This document shows, piece by piece, positions 39,121 through 46,746 of a stretch of 64,000 bases of DNA; position 1 is the first letter of the stretch; each line of letters starts with the position of its first letter. A program made the translations under genes and the position numbers. Origin of the DNA: a virus. The stretch lies in IMG/VR virus record IMGVR_UViG_3300023276_001265. The stretch is one strand, 5' to 3'. The notes below the pieces were generated by a model. It did no database searches. It worked only from the letters and a program-made list of their open reading frames with translations, and was not told where the DNA came from.

Positions 39121-39188
39121 TGTGGAGTGCCCATTGGGGGCAAGCTGGCCTTAACAACTAGCGCCGGGTTCGAATCCTGGCTTCACGA
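39121..39188 (+). tRNA. Atypical tRNA-like element (anticodon ambiguous, no encoded CCA)
   Basis: Acceptor TGTGGAG/CTTCACG; D arm GCCC-ATTGG-GGGC; stem GCTGG/CTAGC with a 9-nt loop; T arm CCGGG-TTCGAAT-CCTGG. Confidence 0.55.
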
Positions 39189-39209
39189 TAAAGAAACAAG
39201 GGAGCACAC

Positions 39210-41015
39210 ATGTCGACCACGCTAATTACTGAGCGTCGTGTTCTGATCGACAACCAGGGCGTAGCGCAACTCGCGGCGTCCATCGTTGAATCGGAGGACG
39301 GCGGAGACAAGAAGCTCTTCGCAGAAGGCAAGATCGGACACTGCGACACCCCAACAGCTAACGGGCGCATCTACCCCACTCGACTCATGAACCGTGAGTT
39401 GGACCGCCTTCAGACACGCATCGATGAGTCGTCTCTCTACGCAGCCGTTGATCACCCAGGCGATGGCAAGAGTCGTATCCGCGACACCGGTGCGATCATC
39501 CGTGCCCTCCGCATCGAATCTGACGGAACGATCTTCGGCAAGTTCCAGATCATTGAAGAGACCGACCACGGCCGCAACCTGGCCGCAATTCTTCGCGCTG
39601 GCGGCGCCGTTGGTGTTTCTAGCCGTGGCCTCGGGTCGACCCGCCCACACCACGAGTCCGGCAAAGAGATCGTTGGTGAGGACTTCCGCCTCGTCGCGTT
39701 CGACTTCGTCCTCGACCCCGCAGTCTCCACCGCCTACCCCAAGTTCTTCTCCGAATCAGATGAGGGCATCGCCGAGAACGTCACCTCAGACGATCTTCGC
39801 GCCAAGTTCCCTAGCTTGATCAACTCGATTGAGGAGCAGGCACTCAGCATTGGATCTTCGACCACCGTCGAGGCGATGCGAGTCGAGATGGAGCAAGACG
39901 TCCAGAAGGCACTTGCGGCGAGTCGTGAGACCCTCCGTGAGGACTTCAAGGTCGAGCTCTACCCAGTGGTCGTCAAGGAGCTGAAAGAAGACTTCGCGGC
40001 CAAGCTGGTTCGGGCAACCGCTGGTATCCGCGAAGAGGTCGAAGCCGTCGTCCGCTCTGAGATGGCAGCGGATCCACAGGTCGCTGGCGCCAAGCTCGCT
40101 CTGGAGCAGATCGCCAAGCTCGTGATCCCCTTCAACCCTCCCGTCGACGTCAAGAAGGTCATTGACGAGAAGCATGAGGAAGTTCAGAGCCTCTCCCAGA
40201 ACATCAAGGGCTACCAGGCCAAGCTCGCAGAAGCTGCGGCTGAGAAGGCCGAAGCTGTCGAGCACGCCCGTAACCTCGGCTTCCGCCTCTACGTCTCCGA
40301 GATCACTGCGGGCCGCAGCGATGCGACCACGATCAAAGAGATGGTCGGCGACATTGCCCTTATTACCGACGTCGAGGTTCTTCAGCAGCGCGTTGAGACG
40401 GCGATCAACTCTGCCGACCAGGCTTTGGAAGAGGCGAAATCTGCGGTCCGCGAAGAGCGCGACACTGAGCTCAAGGTTGAGCAGCAGAAGGCCAAGCTCG
40501 CCCAGAAGCGTGCGGACCGTCTCAAGGAAGAAGACTCCGAACTGCGCAAGCAGATGTCAGCTCTCGCTGAGCGCCTTGAAGAGGGCCTCGCCAGTAAGGA
40601 TCGAACGATCTCTAACCTGGCCCAGCAGAACGACGAGATGCAGCAGCGCCTTGGACGGGCCAATCAGCTCGCTGCACAGATGGAGGATCGCTCCTACGCG
40701 TCCACCCGTCTGGCCGGTCACCCAAACCGTCGAGAGCTCCTGGGCCGCATCGAAAGCGGCGAGGTTCGCGGCAAAGAACGAATCAATCAAATCGCCGAAC
40801 ACTCCGACTGGAGTGCGGACGAAATGGGCGCCAAAGAGCGCGTCCGTACGTTCTTCGGCTCAGGCCGGGAGTTCGCCCCCGATCAGGATCGCCGTCGTCA
40901 AGAAGTGATGAACGAGCAGTCCGGCGGTCGTGGAACCCCAGTCCCCAACCTCGAAGGAATGGACATCTCCATGGAGGAGATCAGGACTTTGGGATCTGCA
41001 GGTCGGCGCAGGTAG
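39210..41015 (+). CDS. Prohead protease (T4 gp21-like) fused to a long coiled-coil scaffold (gp22-like)
   Basis: ANGRIYP; VDHPGD; GRNLAAIL..GVSSRGLGS; DFRLVAFDFVLDPA; then ~400 aa of coiled coil. Confidence 0.9.
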   Translation: MSTTLITERRVLIDNQGVAQLAASIVESEDGGDKKLFAEGKIGHCDTPTANGRIYPTRLMNRELDRLQTRIDESSLYAAVDHPGDGKSRIRDTGAIIRALRIESDGTIFGKFQIIEETDHGRNLAAILRAGGAVGVSSRGLGSTRPHHESGKEIVGEDFRLVAFDFVLDPAVSTAYPKFFSESDEGIAENVTSDDLRAKFPSLINSIEEQALSIGSSTTVEAMRVEMEQDVQKALAASRETLREDFKVELYPVVVKELKEDFAAKLVRATAGIREEVEAVVRSEMAADPQVAGAKLALEQIAKLVIPFNPPVDVKKVIDEKHEEVQSLSQNIKGYQAKLAEAAAEKAEAVEHARNLGFRLYVSEITAGRSDATTIKEMVGDIALITDVEVLQQRVETAINSADQALEEAKSAVREERDTELKVEQQKAKLAQKRADRLKEEDSELRKQMSALAERLEEGLASKDRTISNLAQQNDEMQQRLGRANQLAAQMEDRSYASTRLAGHPNRRELLGRIESGEVRGKERINQIAEHSDWSADEMGAKERVRTFFGSGREFAPDQDRRRQEVMNEQSGGRGTPVPNLEGMDISMEEIRTLGSAGRRR

Positions 41016-41034
41016 CGCCGAGCTAATTCACAAC

Positions 41035-41054
41035 AGCCGACAAAGGCGTCGGCT
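41035..41054 (+). promoter_or_regulatory. Stem-loop in the 5' leader of the major capsid gene
   Basis: AGCCGAC/GTCGGCT hairpin just upstream of the AAGGAGG SD. Confidence 0.5.
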
Positions 41055-41073
41055 TTGATTTGCCAAGGAGGCA

Positions 41074-42510
41074 ATGATGTTTCAAGCAAGACAAATGCTG
41101 ACAGAGAACATGGATGGTGTTGCTCTGTCGGACGACAGTGTGGTCGGCGCCTACACGCGCAAGTGGGCCCCGGTACTAGAGGGCATGGAGCACGAGATCG
41201 CGGATTTCGTTCCTCCAGGCCATACCTCCTACGTGAAGAGCATCGCTGCCTTCATGCTGGAAAACGAGAGTAAGCACCTTCGCCGTCTCTCTGAGGAAAC
41301 CCGCGCCTTGTCGGTCGGCCCATTCCTCAAATTCGTTTTCCCCGTTATCAGGCGAACCGCGATTCGCTTGGTTGCAACCTCGATCGCATCGGTCCAGCCC
41401 ATGACGGGCCCGATCGGTGGCATCGCGTTCTACCGTCCTCGCTACGCTTCTGACAAGGGTCAGATCACGGCTGGCACGGAGATGAACAAGAACTTTAACC
41501 GCTGGTATTCCAGCAACTTCATCGACGGCGAGCCGTTCGGCACCGGCGATGGCGTTACTGCTACCTTCACGGGTGCCCTCAAGTGGCCTCCAGTGATCGG
41601 CGGAACGGTTCAGATTCGCACCCAGGCTGGCGGAACGGCTGTCCTCGCGGTTGACGCCGGTGGCACCTTCACCGCTCTGGCTGGCGCCATGGCTGGTGGT
41701 TCTGGAACCATCAACTACACCACGGGCACCGTCACCCTCAACTTCGGAACCGCGCCTGCGCTCGGTGACACGGTCGAGGTCTTCTACCGGTACAACAACG
41801 AGCTCAACGCTCGTATCCCGGAAGTTCAGCTGGACATCACGATCCAGGAGATCCAGGCCGAGAGCCGCAAGCTCAAGAGCCTCGCCAGCGTCGAAGCCGC
41901 TGATGACCTCCGCGCCCTCTGGGGCCGTGACGTCGATGCGGACCTGGTCGCCCAGATGTCCGATGAGATGACCGCTGAAATCGATCGCGAGATCGTCGGC
42001 ACGATTCTTAACGGTGTCGAGTCTGCCGCCATTGTCCCTTGGGACCGTGCGACACCTTCGGCCGTTTCGGATCCTGAGCACCTCAAGTCGCTCGTGATCC
42101 GCATGTCGACTGCCTCGCAGGTCATTCACCGTCGCACCCAGCGTGCACCGGCCAACTGGGCGATCACCTCGTCTGAGGTCGCTGCTCTTCTGGAGACGAT
42201 GGAAGGCTTCTCGGCGATTGACGAAGGTCACGTCTACCAGGGCGGCATCAGCAAGGCTGGTGTTCTCAACCGCAAGTGGGTCATCTACGTTGATCCTGTC
42301 TTCCCGCAAGACAAGATCCTCATGGGGTATCAAGGACCAAGCATCCTCGATACGGGCGTCATCTACTCGCCCTACATCCCGATGGAGATCACGCCGAACT
42401 TCGTTGATCCAAATGACATGTCGCTGAGGCGTGCCATCCGGACCCGACACAAGATCTCGATGGTTCGTCCTGAATTCTTTTCTATGGTTAACATCACAAA
42501 CCTTGTCTAG
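41074..42510 (+). CDS. Major capsid protein (T4 gp23-like)
   Basis: KWAPVLEG; SVQPMTGPIGGI; AESRKLK; EAADDLRA; EIDREI; YSPYIP; RTR motifs. Confidence 0.95.
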   Translation: MMFQARQMLTENMDGVALSDDSVVGAYTRKWAPVLEGMEHEIADFVPPGHTSYVKSIAAFMLENESKHLRRLSEETRALSVGPFLKFVFPVIRRTAIRLVATSIASVQPMTGPIGGIAFYRPRYASDKGQITAGTEMNKNFNRWYSSNFIDGEPFGTGDGVTATFTGALKWPPVIGGTVQIRTQAGGTAVLAVDAGGTFTALAGAMAGGSGTINYTTGTVTLNFGTAPALGDTVEVFYRYNNELNARIPEVQLDITIQEIQAESRKLKSLASVEAADDLRALWGRDVDADLVAQMSDEMTAEIDREIVGTILNGVESAAIVPWDRATPSAVSDPEHLKSLVIRMSTASQVIHRRTQRAPANWAITSSEVAALLETMEGFSAIDEGHVYQGGISKAGVLNRKWVIYVDPVFPQDKILMGYQGPSILDTGVIYSPYIPMEITPNFVDPNDMSLRRAIRTRHKISMVRPEFFSMVNITNLV

Positions 42511-42552
42511 GCAAGGGGTTAGGTCCTAGACCTGACCAGTGTGACCAAGAAG

Positions 42553-42579
42553 AAGCCCACCCTTCGGGGTGGGCTTTTT
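42553..42579 (+). terminator. Rho-independent terminator, possibly bidirectional
   Basis: AAGCCCACCC-TTCG-GGGTGGGCTT followed by TTT. Confidence 0.9.
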
Positions 42580-42584
42580 CGCAT

Positions 42585-43445
42585 CTACAGGTGTTTCCAG
42601 GATCGCTGATATTTGATGTCGCCGATGGTAGCCGAGTGGACGCCGAACTCTTTGGCCAAGACGATGTTCTTCTCGCCGGAATTCAATCGCTCGCGGATTG
42701 CTATTACGTCCTCCGGCTGCAGCTTAGCCTTTCCGGCAGATGCGCCGCGTGCCTTTCGGCCTCGGCCACGCGCATACATGTCCTCAAGGTTCTTGCGCTG
42801 TGTCCCGCCGACTAGGTGCTGTGGGTTCACGCACCACGGTTCATCACATTCGTGAAGAACGAACAGTCCGTGCCCATATCCATTCGCGAGGGCGTAGCTG
42901 ATCTTGTGGGTATCGACCGTTTTCCCGGAGATCCGAAGCACTCCATAGCCTCGACCATCAGCGAACTGATTCTTCCTGGTGGCACCGATCCATAGCCAGC
43001 ACTCGTCTGGGGCTCCTTTATCGACGTAGGACCAGAACCTGTCCTCGTCAGGACCAGTGAGCTCAGGGATGGGCTTAGTAGGTCTGTGCGGCCTGTAGAC
43101 CTTCGGCTTGGCCGTGCCCTTACGCCAGTGGCGGCCCGCAGCCACCATCTGCTGCATATTTTGTAGGTGCGTTCCAGGGCTCAGGTGAGCAGGATTGCAG
43201 CAGGACCTAACGTGGCAGCTGTGGAGCGCGTCTAAGGGCCCCAGGACCTTACCGTTGCCGAGGATGTAGGCCACGCGGTGCGCTCGGTAGAGCTTTTTCC
43301 TGACCCTCCAGAGGCCATACCCGTGGGCCTTGCTCTTGGCGATCCACGGCCAGCACTGATCGGGCCGCAGTTTCTGCACCTTAGCCCAGAATCGTGCTTC
43401 TTCTTGAGATTCGAGCTCTAGGAGGATACTCTCGCTGGCAGCCAT
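42585..43445 (-). CDS. HNH homing endonuclease with two tandem HNH (His-Cys box-like) domains and a C-terminal HTH
   Basis: RFWxxV..CWxW..GYG..HxxxY..LHxCxxxxCxNPxHL, twice; LAKEFGV..WKH. Confidence 0.9.
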   Translation of the reverse strand: MAASESILLELESQEEARFWAKVQKLRPDQCWPWIAKSKAHGYGLWRVRKKLYRAHRVAYILGNGKVLGPLDALHSCHVRSCCNPAHLSPGTHLQNMQQMVAAGRHWRKGTAKPKVYRPHRPTKPIPELTGPDEDRFWSYVDKGAPDECWLWIGATRKNQFADGRGYGVLRISGKTVDTHKISYALANGYGHGLFVLHECDEPWCVNPQHLVGGTQRKNLEDMYARGRGRKARGASAGKAKLQPEDVIAIRERLNSGEKNIVLAKEFGVHSATIGDIKYQRSWKHL

Positions 43446-43529
43446 GTGGACCCTCTCCGGTCTGCTGGTCAGGGCCGGTATAAGGTGTTAGCGCACCTTT
43501 CCCGGCTCGTCCTATGGGTATAACACATC

Positions 43530-44540
43530 ATGGGCTTAATAGACATGACAGGGAAGAGGTACGGCAGTCTCCTAGTGGTCAAGCGAGTCGATCCTCCTCC
43601 GGAAGCTGGGCTCTACATAAGGCAGCACGCACACTGGCTGTGCGTATGCGACTGCGGCAACGAGAAGGTCATCCCAGGTCGCCACATGAGAAAAAATGGC
43701 GTCCGGACGTGCGGGCATGATCTTAGTGAACGTAGGTCGGCGGCCCGCCGAGACCACGGTCTGACATATACCGTGGAATGGTATACCTGGAGTGGGATGA
43801 GCGCTCGTTGCTACAACCCAAACAGTGCGTCTTATGGGCGGTATGGTGGTCGCGGAATCAGGGTGTGCGACCGCTGGAGGGGGAAGAATGGGTTTCGCAA
43901 CTTCTACGAAGACATGGGAAAGCGCCCGTCCGATAAGCATTCAATAAATCGCATCGACAACGACGGCAATTACACTCTCAAGAACTGCGAGTGGGCGACT
44001 GACACAGAACAGGCTAACAACAAGAGCTCCAACCGCCGACTTACACTTGGTGATGAAACGCACACACTCACCGAGTGGGCTCGCATAAAGAGCACGAAAC
44101 CGCACGTGTTCTACAATAGACTGAACGCGGGGTGGTCTGTTGAGAAGACGCTGACTACCCCGGCCCGCGTTAATGTCATGAACCGTAGGCTGACTGCAGA
44201 CGAAGTTCGCGAGATCAAGGCCTGGCTGCGAGACAATCCAGCCAAGAAGGACGTAGATATCGCCGGTGTCTATGGAGTCAGCATCGACACCATCGCGAAT
44301 GTTCGGACAGGAAAAGCATGGGACCACGTTGTAGTTGAGGGATTTACTCCGCACAGGAAGATCCCAGTCTTCTCTGGTGAGAACAACCCTCGCGCAAAGA
44401 TGAACTGGGCCAAGGTCAGAGAGGTTCGAGCACGAGCCGCACAGGGAGAGAAGGTGTCTGATCTAGCGGAAGAGTTCAAGGTGGGTCGCTGGATCATCAG
44501 TGACATCGTAAATCTACGAACATGGAAAGAGGCCAGATGA
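43530..44540 (+). CDS. HNH homing endonuclease with two C-terminal HTHs
   Basis: DMTGKRYG..WLCVCDCG; YGGRGIRVCDRW; SINRIDNDGNY..NCEWAT..QANN. Confidence 0.9.
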   Translation: MGLIDMTGKRYGSLLVVKRVDPPPEAGLYIRQHAHWLCVCDCGNEKVIPGRHMRKNGVRTCGHDLSERRSAARRDHGLTYTVEWYTWSGMSARCYNPNSASYGRYGGRGIRVCDRWRGKNGFRNFYEDMGKRPSDKHSINRIDNDGNYTLKNCEWATDTEQANNKSSNRRLTLGDETHTLTEWARIKSTKPHVFYNRLNAGWSVEKTLTTPARVNVMNRRLTADEVREIKAWLRDNPAKKDVDIAGVYGVSIDTIANVRTGKAWDHVVVEGFTPHRKIPVFSGENNPRAKMNWAKVREVRARAAQGEKVSDLAEEFKVGRWIISDIVNLRTWKEAR

Positions 44541-44564
44541 TTCTCTGGCACTGCAGCCTCTCTG

Positions 44565-44594
44565 AGCATGGTCAACATCACAAACCTTGTCTAA
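44565..44594 (+). pseudogene. Displaced duplicate of the major capsid gene 3' end
   Basis: AGC ATG GTC AAC ATC ACA AAC CTT GTC TAA versus TCT ATG GTT AAC ATC ACA AAC CTT GTC TAG. Confidence 0.85.
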
Positions 44595-44613
44595 CCGACG
44601 GTCGGCGATTGCG

Positions 44614-44641
44614 AAAGGTCACCCTTCGGGGTGGCCTTTTT
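44614..44641 (+). terminator. Rho-independent terminator, paralogous to 42553-42579
   Basis: AAAGGTCACCC-TTCG-GGGTGGCCTTTTT. Confidence 0.9.
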
Positions 44642-44652
44642 GCATGTACGGA

Positions 44653-44922
44653 CTAGAGATTCAGTGAGCGATGGAACAGGAACGACTCGTTGCTCAGAAG
44701 GATCGCTCTGGCGGACTCCATGAACTCCCTGATTGGGGCATCAGGGAATCTCTTTTCCAACATGGATACCTGCTCCTCAGACTGAGCTATGGCGGATGGA
44801 TCCGGCACTAGGGAGACCATAGCTGTGAGCATGACCTGACAGCGAAGGCACATCGGCTCTTCAGTGACCGGAGGGAGAAGGTCGGCTTCGTTTCCGCAAT
44901 CGCACGTTTGTGGTTGATTCAT
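44653..44922 (-). CDS. Small Cys-containing hypothetical protein
   Basis: CDC..CLRC; TATAAG 5 nt before the ATG. Confidence 0.55.
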   Translation of the reverse strand: MNQPQTCDCGNEADLLPPVTEEPMCLRCQVMLTAMVSLVPDPSAIAQSEEQVSMLEKRFPDAPIREFMESARAILLSNESFLFHRSLNL

Positions 44923-44951
44923 GTCTTCTTATACCCAGCCTTCGGTGGGGG

Positions 44952-45110
44952 GCTCCCCAGGAACCCGGCGCTCCCCAGGGAACCTGAATCCGCTCCCCAG
45001 GGAGCGCGACTAGTCCTGAGCTAGGCGCGACTAGTCCTGGCCGATTCCGGCTGATTCCGGCCAAACGCGGCTAGCCACGGCTAGCCACGGCTGGCTGCGG
45101 CTGGCCCGAC
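44952..45110. repeat. Intergenic cluster of short direct repeats
   Basis: GCTCCCCAGG x3 (44952, 44970, 44992); GCGCGACTAGTCCTG x2 (45004, 45025); GATTCCGG x2; CGGCTAGCCA x2; CGGCTGGC x2. Confidence 0.85.
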
Positions 45111-45146
45111 TAACCGTAATCCACGAGTTAAGTTAATAAGCACGAA

Positions 45147-45162
45147 TGGCACGGATCCTGCG
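45147..45162 (+). promoter_or_regulatory. sigma54-type -24/-12 promoter
   Basis: TGGCACGGATCCTGCG gives GG-N10-GC with TGGCACG, ending 45 nt before the ATG at 45208. Confidence 0.6.
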
Positions 45163-45207
45163 TCTTGGTTTGGTGATTTAGTAAACACCAACAGATACCA
45201 GGATCTC

Positions 45208-45846
45208 ATGCACCTCTCCCTTTCCTTTTCCCAAGACCTCTCCTATCGGCAAGAACTACGACTTGATCAACGACTCACACTGACCCAACGACTAATAGTC
45301 GAGGAGCGGATGCTCGCCAAGCGCCTGCTGCTAATCAAGAGAGTCCACGACATCAAATACAGGCTCTGGTGCGAGTGCGATAACTGCGGCCGGATGATCA
45401 AACCCATCGATATCCTGAAAGGCTTCAGCAACGACGTCACCGACACGAGGACTGCGTGCCCTAGATGCGGGAACAAGACACAGCCGAGACTGCTCGGCAA
45501 GGTCCAGGAGACAGGACGCTACAACTTCGCCTTCTATTGCCCAGAGCAGACGCTAGACAGGCTGGTGGACCTCGGCAGCGTGCCGTTCTATCAGCTTGAG
45601 CGAGACTACACTGATGTCCTACACTCTGCGGTCGTCCACTTCGGGAACATCTCCGCCGCCTACAAGCGGATCGGAATTGATTACGAAGTGCCAGCAATTC
45701 CGGACTGGAAACGGAGAGCTAGGCCGGTCCTTGGACTGCTGCCGGATAAGCAGATCGCCGACATAGTCGGAACAACCGTATACCAGATCAGAAAGCTGAG
45801 GAAGCGGTTCAAGATCGCCGGATTCAGCAAACGAAAGCTGCTGTGA
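45208..45846 (+). CDS. Zn-ribbon/HTH regulator with an RpoN Region I-like N-terminus
   Basis: LSLSFSQDLSYRQELRLDQRLTLTQRL; CDNC and CPRC; LPDKQIADIVG..RKLRKRFKI..SKRK. Confidence 0.65.
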   Translation: MHLSLSFSQDLSYRQELRLDQRLTLTQRLIVEERMLAKRLLLIKRVHDIKYRLWCECDNCGRMIKPIDILKGFSNDVTDTRTACPRCGNKTQPRLLGKVQETGRYNFAFYCPEQTLDRLVDLGSVPFYQLERDYTDVLHSAVVHFGNISAAYKRIGIDYEVPAIPDWKRRARPVLGLLPDKQIADIVGTTVYQIRKLRKRFKIAGFSKRKLL

Positions 45847-45860
45847 AGGTAGAACACTGT

Positions 45861-45995
45861 ATGGAAGATCACAAAGAATCCTGTCACTGCACGTGCCACG
45901 AACCTTACGAGACGTTCGATAGGGGCGATCTCTGCAGTGATGGGACCAGCTACTGGTGCGATCCCTGCTGGCAGAGCACGTGCGAGAACGGGTAG
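45861..45995 (+). CDS. 44-aa Cys-rich miniprotein
   Basis: MEDHKESCHCTCHEPYETFDRGDLCSDGTSYWCDPCWQSTCENG*; fills the gap between genes; GAAGGT upstream. Confidence 0.5.
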   Translation: MEDHKESCHCTCHEPYETFDRGDLCSDGTSYWCDPCWQSTCENG

Positions 45996-46000
45996 GGTCC

Positions 46001-46609
46001 TTAGCGTGCCATCCGATCGACAACGTGAACGGTGCCGGTGAGCGGGATCCAGTCGGACAAGCGCTCTCCCTGGGAGTTCTTCAGAAGGTTATTTGACCGG
46101 ACCGCTGGCACTCCGTGAGCCGACCCTATCGTCACGTGCTTGTCCGGCTTGTTCGAGAGGTGGTTAAGTCCTCGAACTCGCCCTGCTTCGATCTCGTCGT
46201 TTGCAGCGCGGTGAGTTACGTGGAAGTTAACCTGCTGACCGATGTGCTTGGAGAGCGCTTTCTTATGTTCATCCGTAAGATGTTGACCTGGAGGAACAAT
46301 CGTCACATGATCGCCCTGCACATTGGCGTGCTTCGGAGGGACGCCATTAAGCAGTCGTTGCTTAGATTTAGGCGACAAGGTGACCGCGACGTGATGTCGA
46401 GCTGGATCGTAGTGCGCTAGACTCGGATGAACTGGCTGCGAGGGTGCGCCTGGCTTAGTTCTAGGCTCTCTAGGACGACTGGGCCCAACCGGACGCCTAT
46501 GCGGCGCCCCTGATGGAGATACGGCTTCAACTGAAACATGATTCAGCGGGGACCTGAATAACTGATTCAGCAGAATCAGAGGAGTTCTACCTGTACGAGG
46601 TCCTACCAT
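46001..46609 (-). CDS. 2H phosphoesterase (cyclic phosphodiesterase, tRNA-ligase CPD-like) with an N-terminal tag
   Basis: Two HxT motifs (DHVTI, KHVTI); AVRSNNLL..LTGTV; N-terminus GRTPLILL..LFRSPL. Confidence 0.75.
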   Translation of the reverse strand: MVGPRTGRTPLILLNQLFRSPLNHVSVEAVSPSGAPHRRPVGPSRPREPRTKPGAPSQPVHPSLAHYDPARHHVAVTLSPKSKQRLLNGVPPKHANVQGDHVTIVPPGQHLTDEHKKALSKHIGQQVNFHVTHRAANDEIEAGRVRGLNHLSNKPDKHVTIGSAHGVPAVRSNNLLKNSQGERLSDWIPLTGTVHVVDRMAR

Positions 46610-46660
46610 GTTGCCCAGTATACCTCTAAGGGCGGCTATTCGAGTTTGGTGGCGGACTCG

Positions 46661-46746
46661 GATAGGCTAAGATGAGCTGATGCTCGCACAAAACTTCAAT
46701 CTTATTGAAGGTTCGCTCTACCGGTCCCCTCTAAGGCTGATGGAAG
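46661..46746 (+). repeat. 86-bp exact direct repeat, copy 1 (promoter plus tag codons)
   Basis: Identical to 47714-47799. Confidence 0.95.

Larger units (their letters stand above)
42481..44564 (+). mobile_element. ~2.08-kb double-HNH cassette with a replacement 3' end and terminator of the major capsid gene (boundaries approximate)
   Basis: SMVNITNLV* encoded at 42481-42510 and again at 44565-44594; a similar terminator follows each copy. Confidence 0.78.

Noticed and set aside
39149-39157. Calling the tRNA-like element a Leu(TAA), Val(AAC) or ochre-suppressor tRNA
   Set aside because: The 9-nt loop allows several registers and none fits the canonical 7-nt U33/purine-37 loop.
41176-42450. 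424-aa ORF antisense to the major capsid gene (similarly 32955-33965, 38031-38873, 51743-52840, 53502-54404)
   Set aside because: Shadow ORFs produced by the strong codon bias of the real genes on the opposite strand; no recognisable motifs.
42511-44564. Group I intron interpretation of the endonuclease insertions
   Set aside because: The host genes are already complete with their own stops, a terminator follows the capsid gene directly, one HNH is antisense, and there is too little non-coding sequence for a ribozyme core.
44952-45110. Possible CRISPR array
   Set aside because: Repeats are 8-15 bp, of several different types, lack unique 30-40 bp spacers, and no cas genes are present.
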